DNA of 64,000 bases from Rhizodiscina lignyota. Its lineage: Eukaryota. Under the pieces are notes generated by a model. That model did no database searches. It worked only from the letters and a program-made list of their open reading frames with translations, and had not been told where the DNA came from. How positions within the stretch are numbered: the stretch's first letter is position 1; each line of letters opens with the position of its first letter. Positions 27,704-40,931 of this stretch are shown piece by piece. Where the stretch lies: contig ML978122.1 in assembly GCA_010015805.1 (NCBI GenBank), forward strand, positions 778,453-842,452. Reading direction: 5' to 3'. The translations under genes were made by a program, and so were the position numbers.

Positions 27704-28270
27704 ATGGCGCCCTCTCTCCTCCCAAACGACCACTCCGGCTATAGAGCTCCCTCCCGCTTTATCACCACACACGATGCCGACGGGACATCCAAATTCGTCC
27801 CCGATCATGTCGTCTCCCCTGACGCACCATGGCAGGAAGCCGCTCCAGGAGTCTTCTTCTACATCCCCTGGGGCACCACCAGCTCCCCAGCACAAATGAC
27901 GGACGACGCCGATCTTAAAGCATATGAAGCCGGCAAGGTCGTGCCCAATATTATCGTGACGCCGAACGGCACGAACGTCCGCATCTACGACTTCGCGCCG
28001 GGCTTCGAGTCTGCGATGCACCGGACGTACAGCATTGACTACGGTATTGTGATTCACGGGACGATCGAAGGCCAGATGGACGGCGGTGAGGTGAGGGTTG
28101 GCAAACCGGGGGATATCTTTATTCAGAGAGGCACGAATCATTTATGGCGAAACCCGAGCAAGACCGAGTGGACGCGAATCTGCTATTTTGTGGCTGCTGC
28201 GGAGCCGTTGGTTATTGGAGGGAAGAAGATCGAGGCAGTGAAGGCAGACAATTCGAGTGCGGTGAGGTGA
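27704..28270 (+). CDS. Cupin-2 barrel protein
   Basis: RFITTHDADG; DFAPG..MHRTYSIDYGIVIHG; KPGDIFIQRGTNHLWRNPS cupin motifs; intronless. Confidence 0.88.
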   Translation: MAPSLLPNDHSGYRAPSRFITTHDADGTSKFVPDHVVSPDAPWQEAAPGVFFYIPWGTTSSPAQMTDDADLKAYEAGKVVPNIIVTPNGTNVRIYDFAPGFESAMHRTYSIDYGIVIHGTIEGQMDGGEVRVGKPGDIFIQRGTNHLWRNPSKTEWTRICYFVAAAEPLVIGGKKIEAVKADNSSAVR

Positions 28271-29594
28271 GTGAGTGTTCGTTCATCCCGTACAGAGGGT
28301 CGCTGGGAGGTGCTGATGAAGCATTAGCGAGGATAGTAAACTTTAAATGGAGACTCGTGAGATGAAAGATGATTTTCGATGAGCCAGAGAACAGAAAATA
28401 TTGTAGGTCCAAACAGAAGCCGCTGGCTTTCACAAATGGTGCACACCTGTGAGCTTTCGTTGCAAATTACTCTTATATCTGTCCTGAGTGCTTGTATAGT
28501 CTGTTACATTTACTGCCGCCAGAACTCCTGAGGTCAAAACGCGTCTTCCGTCCATGGTGATGTAACCATACGAAGCGGTGAACACGCCATGGTCGACCAA
28601 GTATTGCTCCAAGCGGCTTCCAGGTTATTTGCATTCCTCACGAAGTCCAAATGCCTTTAGAATTTGATTGTCAAGCATTTTGCGACTCGACAAGGTTGTT
28701 GATATGAATAAGTGGTTACATGGCGACTTTGGTGAAAGGATGACTGTCTTTCGATGCGACTCCATCGAGAACCGGGGTTGCAAGCGATGTTTGTTGAATC
28801 GTACGAGAAGTCAGTCTTCTATAGCGCGAAAAGGCATCGGTCGAGGTGCCAGCAGGTTTTTCATCGAGCCGGCGAAGCATGTGTGCGCGGAGGGCGCAAA
28901 CACCACAACGGACGAGATGAACACCGCGAACGAGCACTGCGAAATTAATCATGAGGCACAACGTCTACTAAGAGCTTAAGCACAGCGTTCAGATTGAGCT
29001 CCATTGCTATTGAAGATAGATCTACATACCTATATACTATTCCAAAGTTCCAACCACCACCATTCTCTTCGTCAACCTCCCGCACCAGGCAGAAGCATCA
29101 ATGAAAAGAAGTAGAAAGCCAGCAAAAATTGCGCCGGTGAAGCCCCCGAAGGAGATTCATACCAGCCCCACTCCGCGTTGTGCAATGCAGGCAGAACTGA
29201 TAGAACAACCGTCTTCTTGATCACAGTGTTCCCAACAAGGTAAGTATGAAGAGGAATGGAACAGGGAGGAGGGCGAGTATATATACTGCTGAAAGCAGTC
29301 TGTGCGCGGTGGGTGCTGGGGATTATTCACATTATCAGCAGTGCGTTTCTTAGTGAACTCAAATCCCGATCCGGCGGCTCCTTAGTTAAAAGTGGGGAAC
29401 CTCCAGCGTAAAGTAACACACAATGAGCGAATCAACGACGTGAAGATAGGAGCCATTCTACATGCCAGAAACGTAGACGACATCTTCGCTGGTTTGCATG
29501 ACAAGTAACAAAAGCTTAGGGACAATTTGAGTTTGCCACTCAAAGATAGTATGATATACTTATCTCTAGAGAAAACTACGATTAAATCCGCTAT

Positions 29595-29930
29595 CTATCG
29601 AAGATTGTATTCGTTCTTTACTATATCTGCTCCTTTTTTAGCAACAATATATGTCGGGCCTTGAGTATGGCGACTGCTTCGTGTCCCATTTCCTACCGAC
29701 AATTGGAGATATCCTGCTACAGAGTTAGACAGGCCCGATGTTGCAATGAGAAGAGGAGCAATGACCCACGCCAGCAGAGTCTCCAGCATTCAAATCTTCT
29801 GTAAACTTCCAGGCGCCGCCGATGGTTTTTGCGGTGTCCATGATTCGATAATCAGTCTCTTCAGCGAAGCCAGGAACACTGACTTGGACAGGACCATTGC
29901 CATGGGCTGATGGATCCAAGTAGACCGTTC
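29595..29930 (-). pseudogene. GMC oxidoreductase (aryl-alcohol oxidase/glucose oxidase-like) remnant with a large internal deletion
   Basis: DPSAHGNGPVQVS..EDLNAGDSAGVG|(intron)|[13 protein letters not shown] is mid-protein GMC sequence. It runs directly into HTQGPTYIVAKKGADIVK*, the GMC C-terminus. No N-terminal GxGxxG FAD-binding exon is visible. Confidence 0.7.
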
Positions 29931-30172
29931 CATGTCTCTCCACTTGCTTCCACACACTATCTCTACACTGCTCTGTATCGCTACAATCTTCACCTCTTAT
30001 GTTATCGTCTCGTGTTCGCGTAGTAGTATCTACATATTCATTCACAATAGCAGTGAACACATTCTCGACGTATAATTATTCTGCGTAGACCTACTTCGCG
30101 TCACATTACTCTCTGCATGTTGCAATTTCTTCTCCCCTCCAGCGATAGCATCACAAACCTTTTCTGAAGCTA

Positions 30173-31207
30173 ATGGATCGCCAAAGGACTTCTCACGCTA
30201 TGGCGGATCAGATTTGCCGACTATTGGTAATATTCCTGTATCAAGTTGTTGTCCTGATGTGACCGCTGATATTTCGATAACAGATTAAGAACAAAGCGGT
30301 CCCAAAGCCGACCAGCTTCATGGATCTTCCTGCCGAATTGAGACTTGCGATATATCGAGACCTCTTCGATATTGAAGACACCGTAATCACACTAGACACG
30401 ATCGAAAACCACAAAGTGTTGATACCGATGCTTGGTGTTTGCTCAGAATTCCGCCACGAAGGCCTCAAAGCATACTGGGGAGGGCGGACGGTCAAAATCC
30501 ACGTGGGTGTCCATTGGCGCTGGGTTGGCAAACATCATCCTCCGAACGACCGAATCTCTTTTATCACTCTCGGAACCGGACGTCAATTCTACGTCAAATT
30601 TTGGCCCAGCAACGGGTTCCGAATGTACCCCTGGATCGAATTCGTACCTATGCCAATTCCGGATTCCTTGTTCCGGTTCGAGCTGATACGTGACGTCGAC
30701 TTGCATGTATCAGACATGAGTCCACAGTTGCCGTGGAAATCGCAAGACTCTATGCGATCCTGTCTAGAAGCGATATCGATTCTGACGCAACGATACATGA
30801 TAGGCACTCGAAGATTAGGCGTATCTTTGCAAATGCAAGGTAATTGGATGACGCCGTTAGGAAGATATATGTGGGGTGCAGACTACAGACTTCATGGCCT
30901 TGAACGGCAAGATCTTGAGCAGAAAGAGCGCGCTGAACATCTGGGACTCTTCAGCTGGCTGATGGCTCAAAATTCAAGATTTCTTATTAAGGCGGACGAA
31001 TTGGTAGTGAAAAGTTGGTCTACTGGACATGCCATCAGAAGTGAGATGACTATGGCAGTTGAGAGGGCAGTAAGATTAGACTCCGAAGCCAAGACTGGGG
31101 TGATGGTTTGGATGGTCCCTTCTAATCTCTTGGAACCTCTTGGTTGCAGGTTGCTGGATATCTCTGTTCCCTCGGGGGTGAGAGAATGGTCTCCTGATAG
31201 GCTGTAA
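30173..31207 (+). CDS. Hypothetical protein with N-terminal F-box-like motif
   Basis: SFMDLPAELRLAIYRDLF motif in a 295-aa ORF; probable short first exon from ATG 30173, spliced at GTAATA..CAG. The remainder is unrecognised. Confidence 0.55.
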
Positions 31208-31966
31208 CGTGTAAACAGTGGCAGCTCTTGCACTTCGAAATAGGCGAGACGATCTCTGAGTCTAGTTCCGCGGCCTTCAGGGTGTATATAATTTGACCGC
31301 TGGCCCAGCTGTAACGGCTAAGAGCGAGCGGCTCATACGTCAAAGTCAAGCGCGAACATCTCTCAAGGCTTCGTTCTACATTATTCGGGCGTAGACATCA
31401 GTAGCAATACCATTGAAAGTCTTCTACACTTTATCCGTTTAGCGGCCTGTACCTCCCAGCTGTTCAATATTTCGAAAGCCGTCGCTGAGGTTTTCGTCGC
31501 CTCCTAGGTCGTGCGAATTTAACACAAGTAGCCCAGGTCTGCAGAGCCCGAACACCTGGTCAGCCTCGACCTGATCCTACACACTTCGATGCAAACTTGC
31601 TCTGACGGCGAATCAGCGGCTGAATTACTTAGAGTACAACTTCTCACCCTTCCGGTGATTCAAATGTAAACCGCTTTGCAAAAGTGTATCAGACCTCTCC
31701 CTCCTAATTTTACCAAGTCGAAGGCGCCTTCTCTTGCTTGAAATGGAGTGTATCCGCGTGTTCAATTACGACAGAAGCTACCTCATAGCCGCTCTTAACA
31801 CTGATCAGCCTTCAGAATTGTTGACCGTCAGCTCTATTTCCCTGGCGCCATCCTGACATGATCATTGCCTGCATCCAGTCGTATATTACCGCATTTTAGC
31901 GCCATGACCCATGCCATTTGGTCTACGTTGCACTCTGTGACAGACGAATCCGATATCGCAACAAAT

Positions 31967-32916
31967 TCACAAATAATCCTTCTTCCTGCTCGTCCTCGTG
32001 TACTGATTCAAATGCCATTCCACATCCCCATCCTTATTCTCCAGCGTACCCTGTCTGATCTCAAACAGCCGCATAGTCAGCCTTGGTCCTACCTCCGCTA
32101 GCTCGACGGTCGCATGGCCCGTCCGTACGAAGACATGATGGCGTACTTCGATGCTGTCTTCGAAGTTCTTGAATGTCACCACTCGGCTCCCTAGCTTCTG
32201 CGCACTTGTTGCAGATTCCCGCGGTGGGAAGAGGTGCTTGAGGATCTGGACCACGCGCTGGCCGAGCTTGGTGGTGAAACCGTCGAAAATGAGATGCGGG
32301 TAGGATTCGCTGACCGTTCCGGCTGCAGCATTTGGGATGTCGTGCCGTAAAACGACGTTGTGCAGTGAGAAACTGGCCGTCGGGCCGTGTGGGAGATGTG
32401 AAACCGTGAGTGCGGTGGGAGTGCCTCGATGTTCGTGTAGAAGAAGCATATCGGTCAAACCGCCGGCTTCAGCGGATTGTACGAGGTTCGGAAGGACGTA
32501 GTTTCCACGATTCAGCCGTATGGCAGTGGGTAGGAGTAATCTGATCTCTTTTGCGAACTGCGATAGACGGGTGGAAGGGTCGCGGGAGGTGGTGACGAGC
32601 ACTCGAGGGTCGACTATGCCACTGAGATGCGCATATTCGTCATCGAGGGCGAGCTCCTCTTCGGTTGTGCGATCGGCGCGCGACTCGTCGAACTTGAAGT
32701 CGGTTCGCAACGCCTTGTCGCTGGCAATTGAGGGATCTAGAGGTTTTCCCTTTGCCAGAGAGTCACGCAGCGAGCGACGCTTTGCGGCGATTTCTGCATC
32801 GCGGAGGGTCAGGGCGCGGCGGTAGAGGTAGTCTCGCCTTTCGCGGGCTTGTCTTCTCTGGATATCCTTATCAGCAAATGCGTTAATGGGTTGATAGACG
32901 GTAGACCTACTATCAT
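31967..32916 (-). CDS. IMP4: U3 snoRNP protein Imp4 (Brix domain)
   Basis: [64 protein letters not shown]. Confidence 0.96.
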
Positions 32917-33307
32917 CTTTTGAGGTCAAACGTGTGAAGTTGCACGGGTGCAGGGGAGGTGGAGATTTCAGATCACTCATGCACGAAATAATTTTAGCGG
33001 GGCACTTCGGTGGTGGTGTTGCGGCGAAATATTGCCGATATGCAAGCCCTCCTTCTCTCTTTCAACGCTCTACCTTCCATCACCGCAACAAAATCCAACC
33101 CAGAGCCAACCCACATCGAAAAGGGCTCTTCTCGACACGTCTGGAGATTGCTGGGCTACCCAGCTGATGCCACGTGCCTGTTTGGCATGAGGCAAACCCC
33201 ACAACCGACACCGATTCTACTACGCCGCTCGGTGCCACCCACTTACTACACCCATTTCGTGCCATTCCAACTCGCCTTCTCACCGGAAGACGCGTTCGAA
33301 AACAGTT

Positions 33308-36300
33308 ATGGAAGGCGCGTTCACTCACCTCGGAAATCATCTGGTTTCCGACTCTGCCTCGACGATCAACGCCGGCGATGACGAGAGCATCCTCGATGGG
33401 CAGTTCGGCGGCGGCCTGACCTCAGGCGCGAGGCGCCGACGACACGACGACGATGACGAGACCGATGTGTTCGACGATGATGATATGGAGAGTATGGCTA
33501 GCATGGCCATAGAGGGCGCGAATGGCAAGGCACCTGCCAAGGTCGAGGAGGAAGTCGAGCTTCCGCCGCACGCCTGCGCGTGAGTCTCACATTTTGGGCC
33601 ACCGAGACTGCGACTGGCTCTATATTATAATTATTTATTTGCTAACAAGAAGAGGGGTGTAGGTATTGTGGCATCCATAATACGAGCAGCGTGGTCAAGT
33701 GCTTGACCTGCAACAAGTGGTTCTGCAGCGCTCGTGGCAATACTTCGTCTTCGCACATCATCAATCACCTCGTTCGAGCTCGCCACAAGGAAGTCCAGCT
33801 TCACCCTTCATCCTCCCTTGGCGATACTGTCCTGGAATGCTACAACTGTGGCACTAAGAATGTCTTCCTCCTTGGATTTATTCCTGCCAAGTCGGACACG
33901 GTGGTCGTGCTCCTCTGCCGCCAGCCTTGCGCTGCGATGCCTTCTTCTAAAGATATGAACTGGGATACGTCGCGCTGGCAACCTCTGATCGAGGATCGCT
34001 CATTCCTGCCGTGGCTCGTCTCCGCTCCCACAGAGCAGGAGCAAATGCGCGCTCGCCACCTTAGCCCACAGATGATTGTGAAGCTGGAGGAGATGTGGAA
34101 GGAAAATGCGACAGCCACAGTGGCGGACTTGGAGAAGGGTGCTGCGGTTGATGATGAACCTGCGCCAGTCCTTTTGCGCTACGATGATGCTTACCAGTAT
34201 CAAAATGTCTTTGGGCCTTTGGTCAAGATTGAGGCAGACTACGACCGGAAGCTGAAGGAATCGCAGTCCCAGGACGGCCTCATTGTCCGATGGGACTTTG
34301 GTTTGAACAACAAGCATCTGGCTAGTTTCGTTCTTCCCAAACTGGAGCTTGGTGACGTGAAGCTTGCAGTTGGTGATGAGATGCGCCTCCGCTACACTGG
34401 AGAGCTTCGGCCTCATTGGGAGGGTGTCGGCTATGTCATCAAGATTCCGAACAACCAGTCTGATGAAGTCACGATCGAACTGCGAGCCAAAGGCGATCAC
34501 AAGTCTGTGCCGACGGAGTGCACGCACAACTTCACTGCGGATTATGTCTGGAAAGCGACTTCCTTTGACCGCATGCAACACGCGATGAAAACTTTTGCGA
34601 TTGATGAGATGAGCGTCTCAGGTTACATCTTCCACCGTTTGCTCGGACATGAAGTCGCAGCCGCGCCGATGAAGACTCAAATGCCACGCAAGTTTAGCGT
34701 TCCGGGCCTGCCGGAACTTAACGCTAGTCAGATTAACGCTGTCAAGAGCGTACTGCAGAAGCCTCTCAGTCTCATTCAAGGACCTCCGGGTACTGGAAAG
34801 ACGGTCACATCTGCTACTATCATCTACCATCTAGCCAAGCTGAACGGAGGCCAAGTGCTCGTCTGCGCTCCGTCGAACGTTGCTGTCGACCAGCTCTGCG
34901 AGCGTGTCCATCGCACTGGATTGAAGGTCGTTCGCGTCACCGCAAAGTCTCGCGAGGATGTAGAGTCTCCAGTTGCCTTCCTCTCTCTCCACGAGCAGGT
35001 TCGCATGAATGATACGAACATCGAGCTTAACAAGCTCAACCAGCTCAAGAACGAGCTTGGCGAACTGTCAAGCCAAGACGAGAAGAAGTATAAGCAGCTT
35101 ACCCGAGCAGCTGAGCGCGAAATTCTGACGAATGCCGATGTCATATGCTGCACTTGCGTTGGTGCAGGCGATCCACGTCTCTCCAAGTTCAAGTTCCGAA
35201 CTGTGTTGATCGACGAGTCGACCCAGTCTGCCGAACCGGAGTGCATGATTCCGCTCGTTCTTGGATGCAAGCAGGTTGTCCTGGTCGGTGATCACCAGCA
35301 GCTTGGCCCCGTCATCATGAACAAGAAGGCGGCGAAGGCAGGCCTCAATCAGTCACTGTTTGAGCGCTTGGTCATTCTTGGATGTGCTCCTATCCGTCTT
35401 CAGGTCCAATACCGCATGCACCCTTGTCTCTCGGAATTTCCTTCCAATATGTTCTACGAGGGCTCCCTCCAGAATGGTGTCACGATTGCCGCGCGTCTGC
35501 GCAAGGATGTCGACTTCCCCTGGCCAGTCACCGAAGCTCCGATGATGTTCTGGTCCAACCTTGGCAATGAAGAAATTTCGGCTTCCGGTACTTCCTACCT
35601 TAACCGCACTGAGGCGTCTAACGTCGAGAAGATTGTCACTCGCTTCTTCAAGGCTGGCGTGCAGCCTCAGGATATTGGCATCATTACGCCGTATGAAGGC
35701 CAGCGCAGCTACGTCGTGAGCTCCATGCAAGCGAATGGCACCTTCAAGAAGGAGAACTACAAGGAGATCGAGGTCGCCTCTGTGGACGCCTTCCAGGGTC
35801 GTGAGAAGGACTTCATTGTGCTCTCTTGCGTGCGTTCCAACGACCACCAAGGCATCGGTTTCTTGAGCGATCCACGTCGTCTCAACGTGGCGCTCACTCG
35901 TGCCAAGTTTGGTCTCGTAATCCTCGGCAATCCCAAGGTCCTTTCGAAGCATCCGTTGTGGCATTATCTTCTCCTTCACTTTAAGGAGCGCAACTGCTTG
36001 GTCGAGGGCCCACTCTCGAATCTGCAAACTTCTCTCCTGCAGTTCTCTCGCCCAAAGCAATCGTACCGCGGCCCACAACGCTACCAGATGGCTTACCAGC
36101 ATGCCAACAACATGGCTGCTGGTGCACGTGCAGGTATGAACGGCACCCGCCGCAACGACTACTCCAGCGAGGCCGCTTCCGTCGTTGGCTACATCCCAGA
36201 TGACGTTTCTTCCGTGCACTCCTCTGCTATCGGAGGTGTCGGCGTCAACGCGTCCAACTACCCGCCAATGTTCTCAGGCTTTGCAGAGAACTGGCCATCA

Positions 36301-36681
36301 CTTCCTGGATCTGGTGGACGCGGTCCAGTCGGTGCCGGCAAGGGCAAAGCCAACGGCGTGGCGAGCAGCGTCGCGGGCGAGAGTATCGCAGCGAGCGAGC
36401 TGACCGACATGACCACCAGCGCAGTCGATGGAAAGCCCAACGGTGTCGGACAAGGCGGCGTCAGCCTCGCTGGCCTGAGCCTGAACGATCTCAACAAGCC
36501 GCAAAGCCTCAGCCAGAGCGACCGTCTGAAGCGCTTCCTCGATGCCAATGGTCGCCCGATGGACCCGAATGCGCCCAGGGGCTTGGGACGAGGCGCTGGG
36601 TTCGTCGGTGGTGATGACGACGATGCCAGAAGCATTAGTACGGCGTTCGCAAGCCAGATTGGATTGGGTGGATACGATTGA
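33308..36681 (+). CDS. UPF1: Upf1/Nam7 nonsense-mediated decay helicase
   Basis: CH zinc domain [57 protein letters not shown]; one intron at about 33580-33663. Confidence 0.98.
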
Positions 36682-37984
36682 TTTTTTGCATTTTGGCTAA
36701 TGACTTTTTTGCGATGATAGACCTGGCTGAAGCTTCTTCTCAAGACCGTCTAGATGCGTCTTGATGTTCCGCCGGGACTACGCAATGTACTCGCCAGCCA
36801 AAGCGTTCTTTCGCTCACGCCGGGGGATGGGGCCTTCCTTCAGCTGGGCATCGGCAGACAATTCTCGCTAGCGATGAGGGCGGGCGTGTGAGCGACATCT
36901 TGCAGCTCAACGGACACTCCGCCAGCCGTGCGTCGGCCAGCTGCCCGTCAATTAACTCGCCTGGTGTCTTATTCGGATGTGCCTAGCATCTGCGCGGCGC
37001 ATGCCTAGTATCTACTTGCGCAAGGAAATGCTCAGAGCTCCGGCTGAGTGGGTTCTGATTCTGATTCTGAAAATGCTAGAATGGTTTGCAGTTTGATAAT
37101 TGGTGGTTTTTTTATGTGCTCTTTTGGCGCATGCCGACGGTCTTTACTGTACTTTGCTGGAACTGAATACAATGGTCACTCGTTTACTTCGTTGAGCCCC
37201 CTCCATTTGATCCCGTGATACTGGTATCTGAATGCAATGTCTCCAACGTGCTCCTGTTCAACGAGCTTATACACAGATAGCAGGAGTTCATTCGAGACCC
37301 ACTTTACGTCGCCAGATACCGGAGAAACGGCGCCGGAATCCATTATTGAATGATTGCCTAACACTTTCCCTGATGCTCCGCGTGCTCCCATGCGTGGCCT
37401 ACCCAATGAGGTGTGATCCACGTGGTGTCGTTCAAGGGTCGGATCCAAGCCGACTTTCAAACGTCAGATTCGCAAATTCGAGACGCCTTAAATCAGCCCT
37501 ATGCAGAATGTAGAACGCTCTTGACGTGAAAATGTCCCACTTACGAAGATAGCTCGATAATAATCTTAACTACATAGAGACTGCAGGCTCGTTAAATGAG
37601 CCTTCTTTGCACTTGCCATTTGCGGACGCCACAGCTAAACGCCGGACGCCACAAATGCGAGACGATCCAGGGCGTTGAACGGGGAGAAACTTGCGCATTT
37701 CCCCCGCAGCTTGTGCAGCAGCAGAGAGAGAGGGCTTTAGGATTTTTTATGCGTGCTCAGAACTGACCGACGAATGCGCGTCTTGAGTGGCTTTTAGCAA
37801 ACAAGCGAGCCTATCGCAGGCACACCTGGACTGCGAAGGCTGGTGCAGTGTCAGGCCAGGCACAGCCTGCCGGTGACCTCAAATCCTTCTTTTTGGCTGA
37901 GCTGTCCACTCTCTCCACGTTTCGAATTCCACACTCCTTTACACTGCATCGCGCGCCGCCGTTGCGCGTCTCGTCCAGCGAAGT

Positions 37985-39437
37985 ATGCGTACCAGCGTCT
38001 CCCTCCTCTCTGCGTTCGTGTGCTTCGAGACTGTCCGCGCGTTGCTGCTTTATGGCGCGGTCCAGTCCGGCCTCAAGATTTCTCCGACTGCTGTGACGTT
38101 CTGGTAACGTGCCTTCCACGATCCGTATAGCAACGACCATTCGCACTGACAATCTCCAGGGCCGAGTTCCTCAAGCTCTCCGTATCAACGCTGTTCCTGT
38201 GCCGCCAGATTCGAAAGGACGGCCGGAGCCTGACTTTCAAGGCGTTCTTTGAAGCCGCGCAGCTCGCGGACGCGGAGAATCCCAATGCATCAGCGTTCAA
38301 GCTCTACGCGTCTTATGCCCTACCAGCGGCGCTTTACTTTATCAACAACATTTTGTATCTCACAGGACTGCAAGTGACGAGCCCGTCGCTCCTGCATGTC
38401 ACCATCCTGGCAAAGCTCCCGCTAACCGCCATTCTGCACCACTACCTCATCAGGTCGCAGAAAAATGGCAAAGCTTGGATATCGCTGGGCGTTCTGTGTG
38501 TTGGATTACTGATTTTCCAAATCCCGCAATCTGTTAAGAACTGGATGTGGAGTTTCATCACAGCGGTGGGCGTAGTTTCCACCGACAAACCCAGAGAGAA
38601 TGGCCCTTCCAACGAAGTCCTGGGGCTGCTGATTGGCTCCACGATTGCAGTGATCTCGGCCTTCACGAGCACTTATACCGAAACCATTCTCAAACGCTCG
38701 ACAAATTTTTGGACCGCACAGGTTTGGCTATATCTGTACGGCTCCTTGTTCGCTTTCATCTCCGCGTTCTTCTGGGACGGCCGCGTCAAGCATGATAAGG
38801 ATGGCAACGAGAACGCAAGCAAGATCGCTTCGGCATCCATCACAATGCTTGTCAGCGCTGTAGCCTCCATCGTCACTGCTGCGACTGGACTGGTGGTTGC
38901 CAACATCCTCAAGAAGAAGGATAATCTAGTACGACTTGTCGGCGTTGCGGCGGCGATTGTTTCTATCGCGCTGTGGCAGGGTCTCCTCTTTGCAGATCTG
39001 CGGTCGAAGACTATCAATGTCTTTACGGTTCTTGGACTTGGGACTATTTCCATTGCGACATGGACGTATAATTATTACAAGGATCAACAGCCGGGGAACG
39101 GGGCTGCTTACACGCCGGTGGAGAATGGAATCAACCTCGACGGAGATGAAGATGAAGATAACAAACCGGACGCTGGAAATGCTTCTGGGACCGCGGATCA
39201 GGACAAGACTCCGTCATATCTGGTACCTACGTGGCCGCGGCTGATTGGCGCTACTGTGGTTGTGCTTCTCCTTACTGCTTTATCGGCAATGTTTCAGCCT
39301 TGTAAGTGAGCGCCTTTTTGTTCTCCCTCGTGGCATTTATCCCGTTCTTCGGGGGAAGACAGAAGCCGGGGTGCTGTCTCAAACTATCAATGCGCGCAGG
39401 AGGCTAACAATTATGTTCAGCGAGCTCAGAGAAATGA
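37985..39437 (+). CDS. Nucleotide-sugar transporter (SLC35A/UDP-galactose transporter-like)
   Basis: Spliced start MRTSVSLLSAF..SPTAVTFW|AEFLKLSVS; YALPAALYFINNIL; KLPLTAIL; STYTETILK; QVWLYLYG; multiple hydrophobic helices. Confidence 0.8.
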
Positions 39438-40931
39438 GGGGCGTCAGCTTTTAATCAAAATATTATGAGATGTTTGCATGCAACGACACGAATCGCAACA
39501 GCTCACATCGAAACAACACAATGGTGCCGCGGACCTCCGGCTATTATGATCTCTAGCGATTCCAGCACTCTTATGAGCCTGAAGTCGACGTAATAAGCGT
39601 TGCCATCGCCTCCGCACTGCCTATTGCTACATAATGTCACTCACATTGCAAGATCCAACGCCTTACGCCGTGAGTGGTGTTGTCTCATCAGTCCCTTCTT
39701 AAATCCGGCTGCAGCTTCGCCAGCACTACACATATGAGCCGGCATGTCACTGGCTTTGGGTCCGGCGGTCAGAAGTCAGTACGTCCGCATGAGCGAGGTA
39801 CTATGCGGAGAGAGCAATGATTGTGGATGTGGAGGAAGGGACCAAGAGGAAAGGCTAGATGTACTCGGAAAGAAGAGGAGTTCTTGATGCAACGACGTTC
39901 AGTTTGGGCGTTGTATGCATGGCTGAGTGAGCAGAGAAGGTTTACATGAGTGAGGCCAGGGAAGAAGAACCGGTTACATTTGCGGCACCTAGGACGGTTG
40001 GAGTGCTTTTCGGAGGTGCTGGGATAGTCACAGCTTGTTGATCGACTGGTCGCAGTGGGCCTGAGTGTTTGCACAGGAAATCTGCAGTTCTTGGTTAAGA
40101 GTGGAAATGGACACAACTAATAATCCAACCAGTTCCTTCAATCTATCGACAGGTCACGTAGCTGGACTTCAATACCAATAGTCTCGCACAATCTTCAGTG
40201 AAACATGCTCCGTACTTTCGTAAAGTTGAAAGAGGAACTTCCGTCACTCAAAGTGTTGCGCAGTGCGACGTTGGAGCCTTAAGCACAATTGGAACAATTA
40301 TGGCTGCATATGGAGTTTCATATTTCATATTTCCTCATCGACGAGGTAGCGGGAGGTAATGGGTATGTTCCAATCTTCGCATATTCATTCAGCTCTCTCT
40401 GAAAATTCAATACCCAGTTCCCGAACGTCCCATAGTAGAATTTCCCCTTCATCGCTGCCGCCAGCAATGCGGCCGAATATGCACCGGACGTAAAACCCTG
40501 CAGCATTCGTACCGGCTGGCCAGTAGCAACAGATGGCAAAGAAGAACTTAGAGGTTAATACATTTGGCTTTTCAGTTGGAATTTCAAACGATTTGAACGA
40601 GGTTTGATTAGGTTTGAATCGGTAGGTACATTAGTTCGACGTACACTCCCAAGCCTCGAGGTAAATCTGTTCTATGGCCCGTAAAAGCGTGATTCCTCCG
40701 AGCAATGGAAGATCGTCGGTGGACTCAAAAGGGACCAAAGTAATAGGAAGTGAAGGAGTGAAGTGTACTACACTAAGAGAGACACCCTCTACTGCATTCT
40801 ATCCTTCTGTAAAATGGTCAGTGGACGAGCGAATACCTTTTTGGGGTTGCGTCTACCTGAATTGCCGCATATCCGCTGAACCGAAGTCCTACGGAATTAG
40901 TTCTTTTCTGAGAAGAGTCAGATCGACCTGG

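Noticed and set aside
34000..36743. Long antisense ORFs opposite UPF1 (e.g. 35353-36219) and other conserved genes
   Set aside because: Expected shadow ORFs from codon bias in GC-rich coding sequence.
37624..37654. Short direct repeat CGGACGCCACA x2, and microsatellites such as (GATTCT)n near 37055 and (GGGTT)n near 54205
   Set aside because: Too short to distinguish from background.
40380..40550. WD40-like snippet RIAGGSDEGEILLWDVR on the minus strand
   Set aside because: Single short motif with no start codon or further repeats; could be chance or an unrecognisable relic.
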